Positions 1 through 9,332 are shown, counted from the first letter of the stretch. The stretch: DNA of 64,000 bases from Thermoplasmata archaeon (GCA_046704665.1 JBJKRJ010000007.1:3024-67023), one strand, 5' to 3'. The notes: generated by a model from the letters alone, not told the origin. Numbers and translations are program-made.

Positions 1-261
1 CGCCTGGGTGCCACGGTCGATCGGGTCGGGGTCATGGACCGATCGTACACCTTCGGACCGATGGGACCCGCGGCGACCGAGGTGAGCGCGGCGCTCTACT
101 CGGGGAACCGACGCCCCGCGGTCACCAGCTTCCTCGCCGGGATCGGCGGACGCGACGTGACCCCGCACGAGGTGCGACGGATGTTCGACACGCTGCTCTC
201 CGGCTCGCCCGCGGCCACGCACTGGGCGGATCTCGAGGAGGAGGTGACGGTCCATGGCTAA
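1..261 (+). CDS. porA: Pyruvate/2-oxoacid:ferredoxin oxidoreductase alpha subunit, C-terminal fragment (5' truncated by window)
   Basis: Open frame from base 1; VGVMDRSYTFG and GIGGRDVT are typical of the PorA C-terminus; overlaps the porB start. Confidence 0.85.
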   Translation, partial: RLGATVDRVGVMDRSYTFGPMGPAATEVSAALYSGNRRPAVTSFLAGIGGRDVTPHEVRRMFDTLLSGSPAATHWADLEEEVTVHG

Positions 262-1204
262 GCTCACGATCCCTGCGCAGGAGCTCGTCTACTCCGGCCA
301 CGCGGCCTGCCCGGGATGCGGGGCGGCGCTCGCGATGCGCCTGCTCCTGAAGGGGCTCGGCCCGCGAACGATCGTCTCGATTCCCGCCTGCTGCTGGACC
401 GTGATCGGGACGCCGTACCCGACGACCGCGCTCAAGGTCGGCGTCCTGGACAACGCCTTCGAGGCGACCGGCGCCTCGATCTCCGGCCTTCGGGCGGCCG
501 CGGACGCGATGGGGTTGAAGGACGTCAACATCGTCGGATGGGCCGGAGACGGAGGCACGGCCGACATCGGCCTCCAGGCGCTGAGCGGGATGCTCGAGCG
601 CCGCACCAATGCGATCTACGTGATGTACGACAACGAGGCCTACATGAACACCGGCATCCAGCGGAGCGGGGCGACGCCCAAGGGTGCCTGGACGACGACG
701 ACGCCGACCTCGGGAGAGACGCGAGGGAAGGCCGAGCCGAAGAAGGACATGATGGGGATCGTGCTCGCCCATCGACCGGCCTATGCGGCGACCCTGAATC
801 CGAGCTACCCGGAGGACTTCGACCAGAAGGTCGAGCGCGCCCGCGACATCGTCGGTCCCCGGTTCCTGCACGTCTTCGCCCCGTGCCCACCGGGCTGGAA
901 GTTCGATTCCGCTCAGACGATCGCCCTGGGGCGTCTCGCGACCGACACCGGGGTCTTCCCGCTGTACGAAGTCATCGACGGCCGTCTCCGGATGACGCGG
1001 AAGACCGGGGAACTCAAGCCGGTCTCCGAGTACCTCACCGCCCAGGGTCGGTTCCGCCACCTCACGGCCGAGGAGATCGCCGAGCTCCAGACCCGCGTGC
1101 GAGAGGAGTGGGAGGCCCTGCTCCGGCGGGAACGCGAGGACCTGAGCCGCGCGATGAGCCCTACTCCCGTCGTACGTATGGTCTCGGCAGCGACCGCTAA
1201 ATAG
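254..1204 (+). CDS. porB: Pyruvate/2-oxoacid:ferredoxin oxidoreductase beta subunit (TPP-binding)
   Basis: GHAACPGCG, GDGG..DIGLQALSG, YDNEAYMNTGIQRS and PCPPGW motifs. Confidence 0.93.
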   Translation: MAKLTIPAQELVYSGHAACPGCGAALAMRLLLKGLGPRTIVSIPACCWTVIGTPYPTTALKVGVLDNAFEATGASISGLRAAADAMGLKDVNIVGWAGDGGTADIGLQALSGMLERRTNAIYVMYDNEAYMNTGIQRSGATPKGAWTTTTPTSGETRGKAEPKKDMMGIVLAHRPAYAATLNPSYPEDFDQKVERARDIVGPRFLHVFAPCPPGWKFDSAQTIALGRLATDTGVFPLYEVIDGRLRMTRKTGELKPVSEYLTAQGRFRHLTAEEIAELQTRVREEWEALLRREREDLSRAMSPTPVVRMVSAATAK

Positions 1205-1227
1205 GGCCTCCTCGTCCGTGGCCCCGC

Positions 1228-1330
1228 AGCGGGGTAGGGTAGTCAGGAAAACGGTCGGCCAGCTCGACCGTCCTGAAATCCCGACGGGCTCATAACCCGT
1301 AGATCCATGGTTCAAATCCATGCCCCGCTA
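1228..1330 (+). tRNA. Initiator tRNA-Met(CAT) with a 28-nt intron (1250-1277) in the D-loop
   Basis: Acceptor AGCGGGG/CCCCGCT (A1-U72); anticodon arm ACGGG-CTCATAA-CCCGT with 3 consecutive G-C pairs; T arm CATGG-TTCAAAT-CCATG; D-loop interrupted by a hairpin with bulge-helix geometry. Confidence 0.92.
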
Positions 1331-1449
1331 TCTCCCGCCGCGGTCGTTCTGAACTCGCGAGCCCGCGGCGTGAGCGCCCCCGGCGGCGGTCGGTCGGGGA
1401 AGCCCCCAGGCCTCGGCGGATTCGATCCGGTCCTGATTCTGCCTTCCGC

Positions 1450-3201
1450 TCAGGCCGATCCCGGGACGAGCGCTCCGGTAGGGAACCCGTAGGACCTCCG
1501 CCGACTCAGGGAGGCGTGCACCGAGTACTCCTGGATCTCCCGGGACTCGACCTCCCCCGCGCGTGCGGGCACGCTGAGAGGGCCTTCGCCCGGCCGGGGC
1601 GGGCCCGAGAACCGCACGATCACGAAGGGCGCCAGCATCATGGGGACGAGCCAGACCGCGTTGAAGACCGAAGCGAGCGGGTTCACCATGACCAGGCCGG
1701 CGATGAGCGCGACCTCCAGGGCGATCGAATACCGCGCGATCGCGACGACCTCCCGAAGGGGGAGGGCGGGTTCGTTCTTCGGGGTCACCGGTACCTGACG
1801 GATCCGGCGGGAGAGGTACGAGGCCATACTGATCGCCTCGTACGGCAGGGAGATCGCGCTCACCGCGGCACTGAGCCATCGTTGCCGCCAGTAGGTGCCG
1901 AAGGTCACCCGGCACCGGTGATAGATCACGGCCGTGGGGATCGCGGTCAGAACGCCGACCAGGAGAAGGAACCGTAGCAGAGGGATCGACCAGAACGTCA
2001 GGACCGGATTGGCCGCGAAACGCAGGAGGAAGGCCGAGGCACCCGCGGGCGTGGAGACGAAACCGAAGACCGTGAGGAGCATACCGACCGGCAGAATGAG
2101 GTTCGTGAAGTGCGACCAGGGGGTCTGCCAGAGGTGGAACTTGCGGGTCCGGCTGATGCGGGAGCGACGGGAGAGTTCGAGGAACTCCATCGCGCCGCGG
2201 GTCCACTTGTTCTGACGCTTGAGGAAACCCCGCACGTTTTCGGGCATCGCCTCGTACGTGTGCAGCGGAACGAACCGCGAGTGCCATCCTCGATCGGCGA
2301 GGGCGACCGCGGTGGCGAAGTCCTCGGAGACGTACCCTTCGACGAACCCGCCGATGGCCTCGACGGCGCGCGCGCGGAGGAGAACGTTGTGGCCGTAACA
2401 GAAGACGGCATCCAGGGCGTTCGCGAGGCCGGACTCCCAGACGAACTGCCCGACCCGTGACATGGGTGCGAGCGTCTGGACAAAGCGGGTGTCGAGGTTC
2501 CAGATGTTGATCTGGCCCTGGAAGACCGCGACGCGCGCGTTCGCCGGATGCTCGGCGAACTTGAGCGCCTCGCGCACCCAGTCGACCGGAAGGAACGAGT
2601 CCGCGTCGAGGAGGACGAAGTAGTCGTACTGCGCACCCCACCGCGCGAACCAGTCGTTGATGGCGCCGGCCTTGAACCCGCGTCGTGCGGGCCGGCGGAC
2701 GACGCGGAATCCGAACGAGCGGGCGATCCGGTCGACGGTGTTCCGTGCCCCGGCATCGCTCGAGTCGTCCAGCACGAACACATCCGTCGGATAGTCCTGG
2801 TGGATCGCCGCCAGGCACTCCGGCACGACATCGTTCATCGTGGTGTACAGGATGGCGACCTTGGGACGGCCCGCGAGGTCCGAAAGCGCCGGGAGCTCCC
2901 CGCGTCGGCGGTAGACCAGGGCCACCGTCTGCCGGGCGAGCCCGTAGGCGCCTCCGAGGAACAGCACGGTGAGGACGGTGAAGAGGGCGATCGACGCCGG
3001 GTGGCTCCAGCGGATGACGAAGTAGCCCATCGCCCCGACCAGCGCGGCGAAGTACGCGAAGTACAGCGAGTAGAAACTCCGCCGGACGCCGGGGAGGTCG
3101 GGGACGGCCGTCGAGTAGTCGACCGGGCCCTGAGAAGCGGCGGACGGTGGATCCCGCAGGGGGAGCGGCCCTCGCAAGATCCCACGCTTCGAGGCGCCCA
3201 T
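1450..3201 (-). CDS. Membrane GT2 processive glycosyltransferase, OpgH/MdoH- or cellulose-synthase-like
   Basis: LDDS, KAGAINDWFARWG, LLDADS, YGHNVLLR, SEDF and RQNKW motifs; N- and C-terminal TM helices; start placed at ATG 3201 (uncertain). Confidence 0.85.
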   Translation of the reverse strand: MGASKRGILRGPLPLRDPPSAASQGPVDYSTAVPDLPGVRRSFYSLYFAYFAALVGAMGYFVIRWSHPASIALFTVLTVLFLGGAYGLARQTVALVYRRRGELPALSDLAGRPKVAILYTTMNDVVPECLAAIHQDYPTDVFVLDDSSDAGARNTVDRIARSFGFRVVRRPARRGFKAGAINDWFARWGAQYDYFVLLDADSFLPVDWVREALKFAEHPANARVAVFQGQINIWNLDTRFVQTLAPMSRVGQFVWESGLANALDAVFCYGHNVLLRARAVEAIGGFVEGYVSEDFATAVALADRGWHSRFVPLHTYEAMPENVRGFLKRQNKWTRGAMEFLELSRRSRISRTRKFHLWQTPWSHFTNLILPVGMLLTVFGFVSTPAGASAFLLRFAANPVLTFWSIPLLRFLLLVGVLTAIPTAVIYHRCRVTFGTYWRQRWLSAAVSAISLPYEAISMASYLSRRIRQVPVTPKNEPALPLREVVAIARYSIALEVALIAGLVMVNPLASVFNAVWLVPMMLAPFVIVRFSGPPRPGEGPLSVPARAGEVESREIQEYSVHASLSRRRSYGFPTGALVPGSA

Positions 3202-3315
3202 CGGAGCGGTCGAGAGGGGGCGTGCTTGACCTCGTTTTTGGCGCAAGACCCGCCGCCGTTGGCGCAAGCTCCGCTGAGAGCAAACTCAATTACCCCCCGT
3301 GGCGCGTGGGCGCAC

Positions 3316-3606
3316 GTGGACCTCGCCACCCTCTTCTTCGCCGCCGTCGTCGCGGGCCTCTCCGCGGCGCTCGCGGTCCTCGGCGGGATCGCGGCCGGTC
3401 GCTACGGCGACGTGCGCCTGACCCTCGTCAGCGGAGCGCTGGCGCTCATCGCGGCCGTGGGGCTCCTGGGCGTGCTGAACCAGGTCTCCCCGCGCTACGG
3501 TGGGGCGTTCCGGATCGATCTCGTGCCGCTCGCAGTGCTGCTCCTGGCCGTGGTCCTGCTGTACCTGGCGCTGGTCCGTGGGACTCCCCGCCGACCGGCC
3601 TCCTAG
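3316..3606 (+). CDS. Small 3-TM membrane protein (96 aa)
   Basis: GTG start; three hydrophobic segments; stop lies 1 nt before the wHTH gene ATG. Confidence 0.75.
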   Translation: MDLATLFFAAVVAGLSAALAVLGGIAAGRYGDVRLTLVSGALALIAAVGLLGVLNQVSPRYGGAFRIDLVPLAVLLLAVVLLYLALVRGTPRRPAS

Positions 3607-3607
3607 C

Positions 3608-4132
3608 ATGGCCAGCCTACTCGAGCAGCCGACCCGTCGACGGATCTTCGACGTGGTCGCACAGCATCCGGGGTCGAGCGCCCGCGAGGTCCAACGACGG
3701 GCCGAGCTCGGTTGGGGCGAGACGGCGTACCACCTCGACCAGCTGACCCGGTCCGGTCTCCTCCGCCGCGAGCGCGGGGGGCGTCGTGATTATTACTTCC
3801 CCGCCGAGATGTCCTGGGACGACCGTCGCATCCTCCAAGCGCTCCGGAGCGCCGCCGAGCGACGCGTGCTGCTCGAGCTGGTCGACCGACCCGGCCGCAC
3901 CCTCGCCGAGCTTCGGGCCGCGACCGGACTGAGCCTCTCGACGACCTCGTTCCACGTTCGGCACCTCCTGCGCCAGTCGATCGTGGAAGCGGCCCGGGAC
4001 GGCAACCTGCGTCGGTACCACGCGCTTCGACCCGAGCGCGTGCGAGAGTTCCTGCACCGCTTTCAGGAGTCGTTCGAGGACCGCTGGGTCGACCGGTTCG
4101 TGGAGGCATGGAGCGGACTTCTCGGGGGGTGA
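3608..4132 (+). CDS. Tandem winged helix-turn-helix transcriptional regulator (ArsR-like)
   Basis: Two repeats of R..I...V...PG....EL.......T..YHL/FHV..L. Confidence 0.88.
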   Translation: MASLLEQPTRRRIFDVVAQHPGSSAREVQRRAELGWGETAYHLDQLTRSGLLRRERGGRRDYYFPAEMSWDDRRILQALRSAAERRVLLELVDRPGRTLAELRAATGLSLSTTSFHVRHLLRQSIVEAARDGNLRRYHALRPERVREFLHRFQESFEDRWVDRFVEAWSGLLGG

Positions 4133-4227
4133 GGGAGACGGGAGACCGACTCGCCCTGCGGTGCGCCAACGATTACGGGGATTGCGCCAAAACCGACCTA
4201 TCCCGAAGAAGCCGGTCTCCCGGAACG

Positions 4228-5214
4228 ATGCCCCCCCTCCTTCGCGCCGCGACCGTGGTCGTCGCGATGGTCCTGATCACGGTCGCCGGTCTCGCGACCG
4301 GGACCGCGAGCGGATCCGTTCCGGCCTCCTCTCTGTCCTCCGCCGCCGCTCCGAGCCCCGGTGGCCTCACCCTCTCGAACGGCGTCGTGTCGGTCTCGTT
4401 CGCCCGCCCGCAGCCGGTCCTGACCATGAACACGAGCGGTGGCCCGGTCGTACTGTCGCAGGCGCTCGAGGGGCTGGCGGAAGTGAACGGATCCGGAGGG
4501 ATCACCGCGTACGCCTACTTCGACACGCCCACTCTCAACTGGACCGTGGGGCGCTCGGAGTTGCCCAACGCGAGCACCGCCCTGTTCTCGGCCACGGTGC
4601 CGGCCTACGCGGCCTCGGGGGAGTGGGAGTCGGGGGATGGGTCGGGGGACGGAGAGAACCAGACCATTGGTGCGGTCAATGTGTCGATCACGTTCGTTCT
4701 CAATGGCTCGGCGGGCCCCTCTCCGCACACCCTCACGTACGTGCTCAACGTCTCGGGCTGGCCATGGCAGCGGTCGAACGACTCCCTGGGGCTCGAGGTC
4801 CGAACGAACGCGAGCGGGGCGCTGGGCCGGTGGGAGGGGGTCGGTGCGAGCGGTCTCCGGATGCGGTCGAACAGTGCCAACGCCACCTATGCCACGTTCG
4901 TCTGGAGCCCGTCCGCCGTGGCCCGGTACGGCGGCGGAGCGGCGCAGGACAGCCTCGTGGAATCCTACCAGAACACCTCCGGCGGAGGACTCGACTCCCT
5001 GGTCCGCTTGAGCTTCGCGATGGTCCCGGGGGGGTATGAGTCACTGGAGTTCGACCCGTGGCTCAGTCTGTACACCGTGCTCCTCTCGGGCCCCGTGCCG
5101 GCGTGGGTGTTCACGCCCGCGGTATTGAGCGTCCTTGGGGCGGGGACGGCCGTGTCGATAGCGCTCGCGGTCTACGCGAGCGGCCGTCGCCGCCCGCCGG
5201 ACCGTGACCTCTGA
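4228..5214 (+). CDS. Secreted/membrane-anchored beta-rich protein
   Basis: N-terminal signal-like hydrophobic stretch, N-X-S/T sequons, C-terminal TM followed by RRR. Confidence 0.8.
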   Translation: MPPLLRAATVVVAMVLITVAGLATGTASGSVPASSLSSAAAPSPGGLTLSNGVVSVSFARPQPVLTMNTSGGPVVLSQALEGLAEVNGSGGITAYAYFDTPTLNWTVGRSELPNASTALFSATVPAYAASGEWESGDGSGDGENQTIGAVNVSITFVLNGSAGPSPHTLTYVLNVSGWPWQRSNDSLGLEVRTNASGALGRWEGVGASGLRMRSNSANATYATFVWSPSAVARYGGGAAQDSLVESYQNTSGGGLDSLVRLSFAMVPGGYESLEFDPWLSLYTVLLSGPVPAWVFTPAVLSVLGAGTAVSIALAVYASGRRRPPDRDL

Positions 5215-5395
5215 CGATCCGGTTCGTTCCCGGCGAGAAGGAACGGGAGCCGTCTCCGGACGGGGGCGGCACCATGGAACCGGGGAAGACCCGCGTTCGC
5301 ATCCTCACGGCCCTACGGTTCGCACGCCGTGATCGATCTTCCGGGTCGACCGGCCCACGAGGGAGGGCCATCGGGGACGGAAGGACGCCCGCGCC

Positions 5396-5983
5396 CTAGT
5401 GAGACTTCTTCGTTGTTCGACGGCGCGTCGCGGGTTTGGCCGCCGACTTCTTGCCACCAGGTTCTGTGGCGGGCGACTCCGTCGGGGCCTCTGCGAGGAG
5501 AGGGACCTCGCCGTCGGGTGCGGCCGGAACGGCCGTTCCGGCCGTTTCGCTAGACGGCGGGGCCGGGGCGGGAGCCCGGCTCTCCTCCGTTGGGGGGGAA
5601 GGAGGCGCGTCCTCTCGCGCCGGTGCTGCCAGGGAAGGGGGCCGGACGGGCCCGTTCGCGACGAGGGTCGGTGCCGGGACGGACGGCGGTGGCGCCGTCG
5701 GGGTCGAGGAGGGGACGTGGCGCGACGGCGCCGGACCACTCACCCGAGCCGGAAGGGGGACGAACTCACCCGGTCGCCAGGTGTGGGGCGAATTGAGGAC
5801 TTTGAGGTCCTTCAGAAAGAGATCGGCATGACCGCAGTTGCGGCAGATCCGGGTGCCGAGAGCAAGCTCTCCTCGAGAGCGAATGGAGAGAGCACCACCG
5901 CCAAACGAACCGGTCTTGAGCTCGTTCACCCACACGAAGTCACTGGCACCACAATTCGAACAGACGGGAGGCACGGACGACAC
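5396..5983 (-). CDS. Zn-ribbon protein with Pro/Ala-rich linker and basic tail
   Basis: CSNC...CRNC then low-complexity P/A region, ending KKSAAKPATRRRTTKKSH; GTG start at 5983 or 5974. Confidence 0.7.
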   Translation of the reverse strand: MSSVPPVCSNCGASDFVWVNELKTGSFGGGALSIRSRGELALGTRICRNCGHADLFLKDLKVLNSPHTWRPGEFVPLPARVSGPAPSRHVPSSTPTAPPPSVPAPTLVANGPVRPPSLAAPAREDAPPSPPTEESRAPAPAPPSSETAGTAVPAAPDGEVPLLAEAPTESPATEPGGKKSAAKPATRRRTTKKSH

Positions 5984-6082
5984 CCTGGCACGCTGAAAAG
6001 GTGAGCCATCCGTTAAAAATGATTTCGTTGCGCCCGCTCGAGGGCGTAACGACCATGTAGCGGACGAGGTGTGACTCCTTCG

Positions 6083-6559
6083 ATGCCCGAAGTGTCGTTC
6101 CAACGCATTGCCGTAGCGATCGACGGCTCCTCGAACGGTCGGGTGGCACTCGATGTCGCGATCGACCTCACGAAGCGGTACGGGAGCGATCTCGTCGTGA
6201 TCTCGATCGCCCCCCTCATCCCCGTCTATGTGACCGCGGCCGAGCCGTACATCCCGTCCACGGTGCCCCAGGACGAGCTCGCGAGGTACCGGGCGATCGT
6301 CAACGAGGCCGTACAGTACGCCGAAAAGTCGGGGGTTACGAACGTGACCGGGTTGTGCGACGAGGGGGTCGTCGTCGACGAGGTCCTCGCCTACCTGGAA
6401 CAGCACCCGTCCGACCTTCTCGTCGTCGGGTCGCGGGGCCTCTCGACCGCGCGGCGCCTCCTGCTCGGGAGCGTCTCGTCGGCACTCGTCAACAACGCCC
6501 CGTGCCCGGTCTTGGTCGTGCGCCCAACGGCTACGAAGCCGACGTCGACGCCACAATGA
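6083..6559 (+). CDS. Universal stress protein (UspA family)
   Basis: IAVAIDGS ... DLLVVGSRG ... LLLGSVS...V..APCPVLVV. Confidence 0.93.
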   Translation: MPEVSFQRIAVAIDGSSNGRVALDVAIDLTKRYGSDLVVISIAPLIPVYVTAAEPYIPSTVPQDELARYRAIVNEAVQYAEKSGVTNVTGLCDEGVVVDEVLAYLEQHPSDLLVVGSRGLSTARRLLLGSVSSALVNNAPCPVLVVRPTATKPTSTPQ

Positions 6560-7040
6560 CCCGGGTCGGAACCGGCAGCTTGTGCGCCGCCTTGCGGAGC
6601 GCCTCGCGGGCATCCGCGAGGTGCGCCGGGGTCGTGTAGACCGTCAGAAGGGCGGTCCCGATCGCGGCGCGCACCGCATGGCCGACCGGCTTTCCGAACG
6701 CGCGGCGCATCCCGTCGGAGATACGGTCCGCGCCCGCCCCCATCGCCATCTTGTGCTCCCGGAGCACCTGATGGGGGTACCGACGCACCTTGAGGTGGAA
6801 CTCGTTCGGCGCCGTCTTCTCGAGCACTCGGACCGCGCTCACGCGCGCCGCCTCGAGCGCGATGTCCCGGACTTGGGCCGCCTCTTCGGTGTCGAGGGTC
6901 AGGCTGAGAGGGAACTCGGCCCGTAGGTTCCCGGTGTCGAACTGGGTCACGCGACAGTTCGGCACGCCGCCCATGTACTCACGACGCGTGTAGACCTGCC
7001 CCTCGACCTTCCGGTACATCCGGGCCGGCTTACGCGTCAT
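6531..7040 (-). CDS. rpl10e: 50S ribosomal protein uL16 (L10e)
   Basis: MTRKPARMYR, ALEAARV, LREHKMAMGAGADRISDGMRRAFGKPVG. Confidence 0.96.
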   Translation of the reverse strand: MTRKPARMYRKVEGQVYTRREYMGGVPNCRVTQFDTGNLRAEFPLSLTLDTEEAAQVRDIALEAARVSAVRVLEKTAPNEFHLKVRRYPHQVLREHKMAMGAGADRISDGMRRAFGKPVGHAVRAAIGTALLTVYTTPAHLADAREALRKAAHKLPVPTRVIVASTSAS

Positions 7041-7103
7041 GGGCGCGGGCGAGACGGGCCCCTCTCTAAAAGGATTACGCTCGGGCGCTCGGGGACGGCA
7101 CGC

Positions 7104-8030
7104 TCAGCCCGCGGTATTCGCATGAGCTTCGAGGAGCGGAATCACCCTCGCTCCCCGGGAGGATGTGCCGAGCTCCACGGCACGGACCCCGGAGCGTCGG
7201 AGCCACTCGGCGATCGCGTGCGACGAAGCGGAGGAGCGGGGGAGGGCTGCGAAGCTCTCCCCGAACATCGCCTGAAATGCCCGGGCCCCGCGGTGGCGCA
7301 GTCCGCGCAGCACTCCGCGAAGCCTCGGAGAAGCCAGACCGACGCGGTCCGTGAATCGTTCTCCGAGATCGAAGAACATCGGGGGGCTAAGGTCCCGATC
7401 GACGGGAAGGAGCGCTCGGGCGGCCGCGTCGATCCGTCGGAGCCGGCGCGCATCGCCGAGAACTCCCGGCGAAGGGATCGGTCCGCCCACGATCCCGACC
7501 CAGAGCGTTCCGGGGAACGGCCGGTGGGTGATCTTGCCGAACGGCGGAATGCCCGGACGGTGTCGCACCTCAAGACCACCCCCGAGAATGGCGGCAACGC
7601 CCCCGAGACCTCCTCCCCCGAACAGATCGGCCAGGTGGGCCACCTCCACGGCACGGCGCCGCGGAAGGTCGAGCACCTCGGCACTCGCGAGGGCCGTGGC
7701 GACGGCGTCGGCGGCGCTCGTGCCGAAGCCCTGGCCCACGGGGAGCCGGTGGGAAAGCGCGACGTGCAGGTACCCTCGTCGGTCCCCCAGGAGGCGATGC
7801 GCGACCTCCCCCGATATCGACAGAGGTGTCGGCAACTCGCTCGTGACCCGGACGCGGTGCCCGCCCCCGGGACGGAAGGTCGCCGTCGCTCGCACGCCGA
7901 GCTCGAGCACGAGACCGGCGCCCACCGACCCTCGCGCCCGGGGATCTCGTGCCTGCGGTACCGGACGGAACACGCCGGTGATATGGCCCGGAGCGAACGC
8001 CGAAGCGACTCGCTCGGCACGGACGGTCAT
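7104..8030 (-). CDS. Pantoate kinase (GHMP kinase family)
   Basis: AFAPGHITGVF, GSVGAG, LPVGQGFGTSAA and GGLEVR..PG motifs. Confidence 0.82.
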   Translation of the reverse strand: MTVRAERVASAFAPGHITGVFRPVPQARDPRARGSVGAGLVLELGVRATATFRPGGGHRVRVTSELPTPLSISGEVAHRLLGDRRGYLHVALSHRLPVGQGFGTSAADAVATALASAEVLDLPRRRAVEVAHLADLFGGGGLGGVAAILGGGLEVRHRPGIPPFGKITHRPFPGTLWVGIVGGPIPSPGVLGDARRLRRIDAAARALLPVDRDLSPPMFFDLGERFTDRVGLASPRLRGVLRGLRHRGARAFQAMFGESFAALPRSSASSHAIAEWLRRSGVRAVELGTSSRGARVIPLLEAHANTAG

Positions 8031-8064
8031 CGCGGACCCGGCTGCGGGTGCGAAGCCCGGCTAC

Positions 8065-8070
8065 TTATAA
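8065..8070. promoter_or_regulatory. Palindromic TATA box (TTATAA) between divergent pantoate kinase and pan
   Basis: AT-rich hexamer in GC-rich context, 35 nt from the kinase start. Confidence 0.55.
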
Positions 8071-8126
8071 GTGGGCATGTTCTAAGATTGACGTCTGTCC
8101 GCCCGGGAAGGTCCGTCGAGACAACC

Positions 8127-9332
8127 ATGAGCGAACCGGAAGCGCCTTCAGCCCCCCACGACGCCTTCGACCGGGTGAACTTTCTCGAGCTGCGGAACAC
8201 TCAGCTGGCCGAGGCGATCAAGCGGGTCGAGAGCGAACGCCACTACATGGAGGCCGAGATCTTGCGCCTTCAGCGTGAGGTGAAGCGCCTCAAGACGGAG
8301 CTCGACCGGCTGCGCTATCCGCCCCTTATCGTCGGGAGCGTGCGTGACGTCCTGACCGATGGCCGTGTGATCGTGAAGTCGTCCACGGGCCCGGACTTCG
8401 TGGTCAATTCGGCGGAGACCGTCGAGCACACGAAGATCACCGTGGGCAGCCGGGTCGCCCTCAACAAGCAGACCCTCGCGGTCATGGGGGTCCTGCCCGC
8501 CTCACTCGACCCGCTCGTGACGGCGAGCGAGATCGTCGACAAACCGAACGTGACCTACACGGACATCGGGGGTCTCACCGAGCAGATCCGTGAGATCCGG
8601 GAGGCGGTCGAGTACCCGCTGCTCCGCTCGGAGCTCTACAAGAAGGTCGGGGTCGACCCGCCGAAAGGGGTCCTCCTCATCGGTTCCCCCGGTACCGGGA
8701 AGACGCTCATCGCGAAGGCGGTCGCGCAGCACACGAACGCCACGTTCGTGCGCCTGGTCGGCAGCGAGCTCGTGCAGAAGTACATCGGGGAAGGTGCGCG
8801 CCTGGTCCGAGAGCTCTTCCAGCTCGCACGGGAGAAGGCCCCGACGATCATCTTCATCGACGAGGTCGACTCGATCGGCGCGAAGCGCCTCGAGGTCGCG
8901 ACCAGCGGGGACCGAGAGGTCCAGCGGACGTTGATGCAGCTCCTCGCCGAGATGGACGGGTTCGAGCCGCTCTCCAACGTCAAGATCATCGCGGCCACCA
9001 ATCGCCCGGACATCTTGGACGATGCCCTCCTGCGACCGGGACGGTTCGACCGGATCATCGAGATCCCCGTGCCGACCTACCAAGGACGGGCGGAGATTTT
9101 CCGGATCCACACTCGCGGCATGGCGATCCGCGAAACGATCGACTTCGAAGCGCTCGCGAGCCGATGCGACGGCGCCACGGGGGCCGACATCCGTGCGATC
9201 TGCACCGAGGCCGGAATGTGGGCCATCCGGGAAGAGCGGGACAGCGTGACCGCGGCGGACTTCGATCGCGCGATCGAGAAGGTCGTCGGCGAAGAAGAGC
9301 TCCGCAAGGAATCGGTCACGATGTTCGCGTAG
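8127..9332 (+). CDS. pan: Proteasome-activating nucleotidase
   Basis: N-terminal coiled coil, PPL, OB domain VKSSTGP, Walker A GSPGTGKT, DEVD, GDREVQRT, LLRPGRFDR; C-terminal MFA. Confidence 0.96.
   Translation: MSEPEAPSAPHDAFDRVNFLELRNTQLAEAIKRVESERHYMEAEILRLQREVKRLKTELDRLRYPPLIVGSVRDVLTDGRVIVKSSTGPDFVVNSAETVEHTKITVGSRVALNKQTLAVMGVLPASLDPLVTASEIVDKPNVTYTDIGGLTEQIREIREAVEYPLLRSELYKKVGVDPPKGVLLIGSPGTGKTLIAKAVAQHTNATFVRLVGSELVQKYIGEGARLVRELFQLAREKAPTIIFIDEVDSIGAKRLEVATSGDREVQRTLMQLLAEMDGFEPLSNVKIIAATNRPDILDDALLRPGRFDRIIEIPVPTYQGRAEIFRIHTRGMAIRETIDFEALASRCDGATGADIRAICTEAGMWAIREERDSVTAADFDRAIEKVVGEEELRKESVTMFA

Noticed and set aside
7122-8126. Apparent long N-terminal extensions of PAN, MCM, AlaRS, AspRS, GuaAB and PyrK in the ORF track
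   Set aside because: Artefacts of stop-poor sequence overlapping neighbouring genes; true starts were set by domain boundaries and SD/TATA positions.
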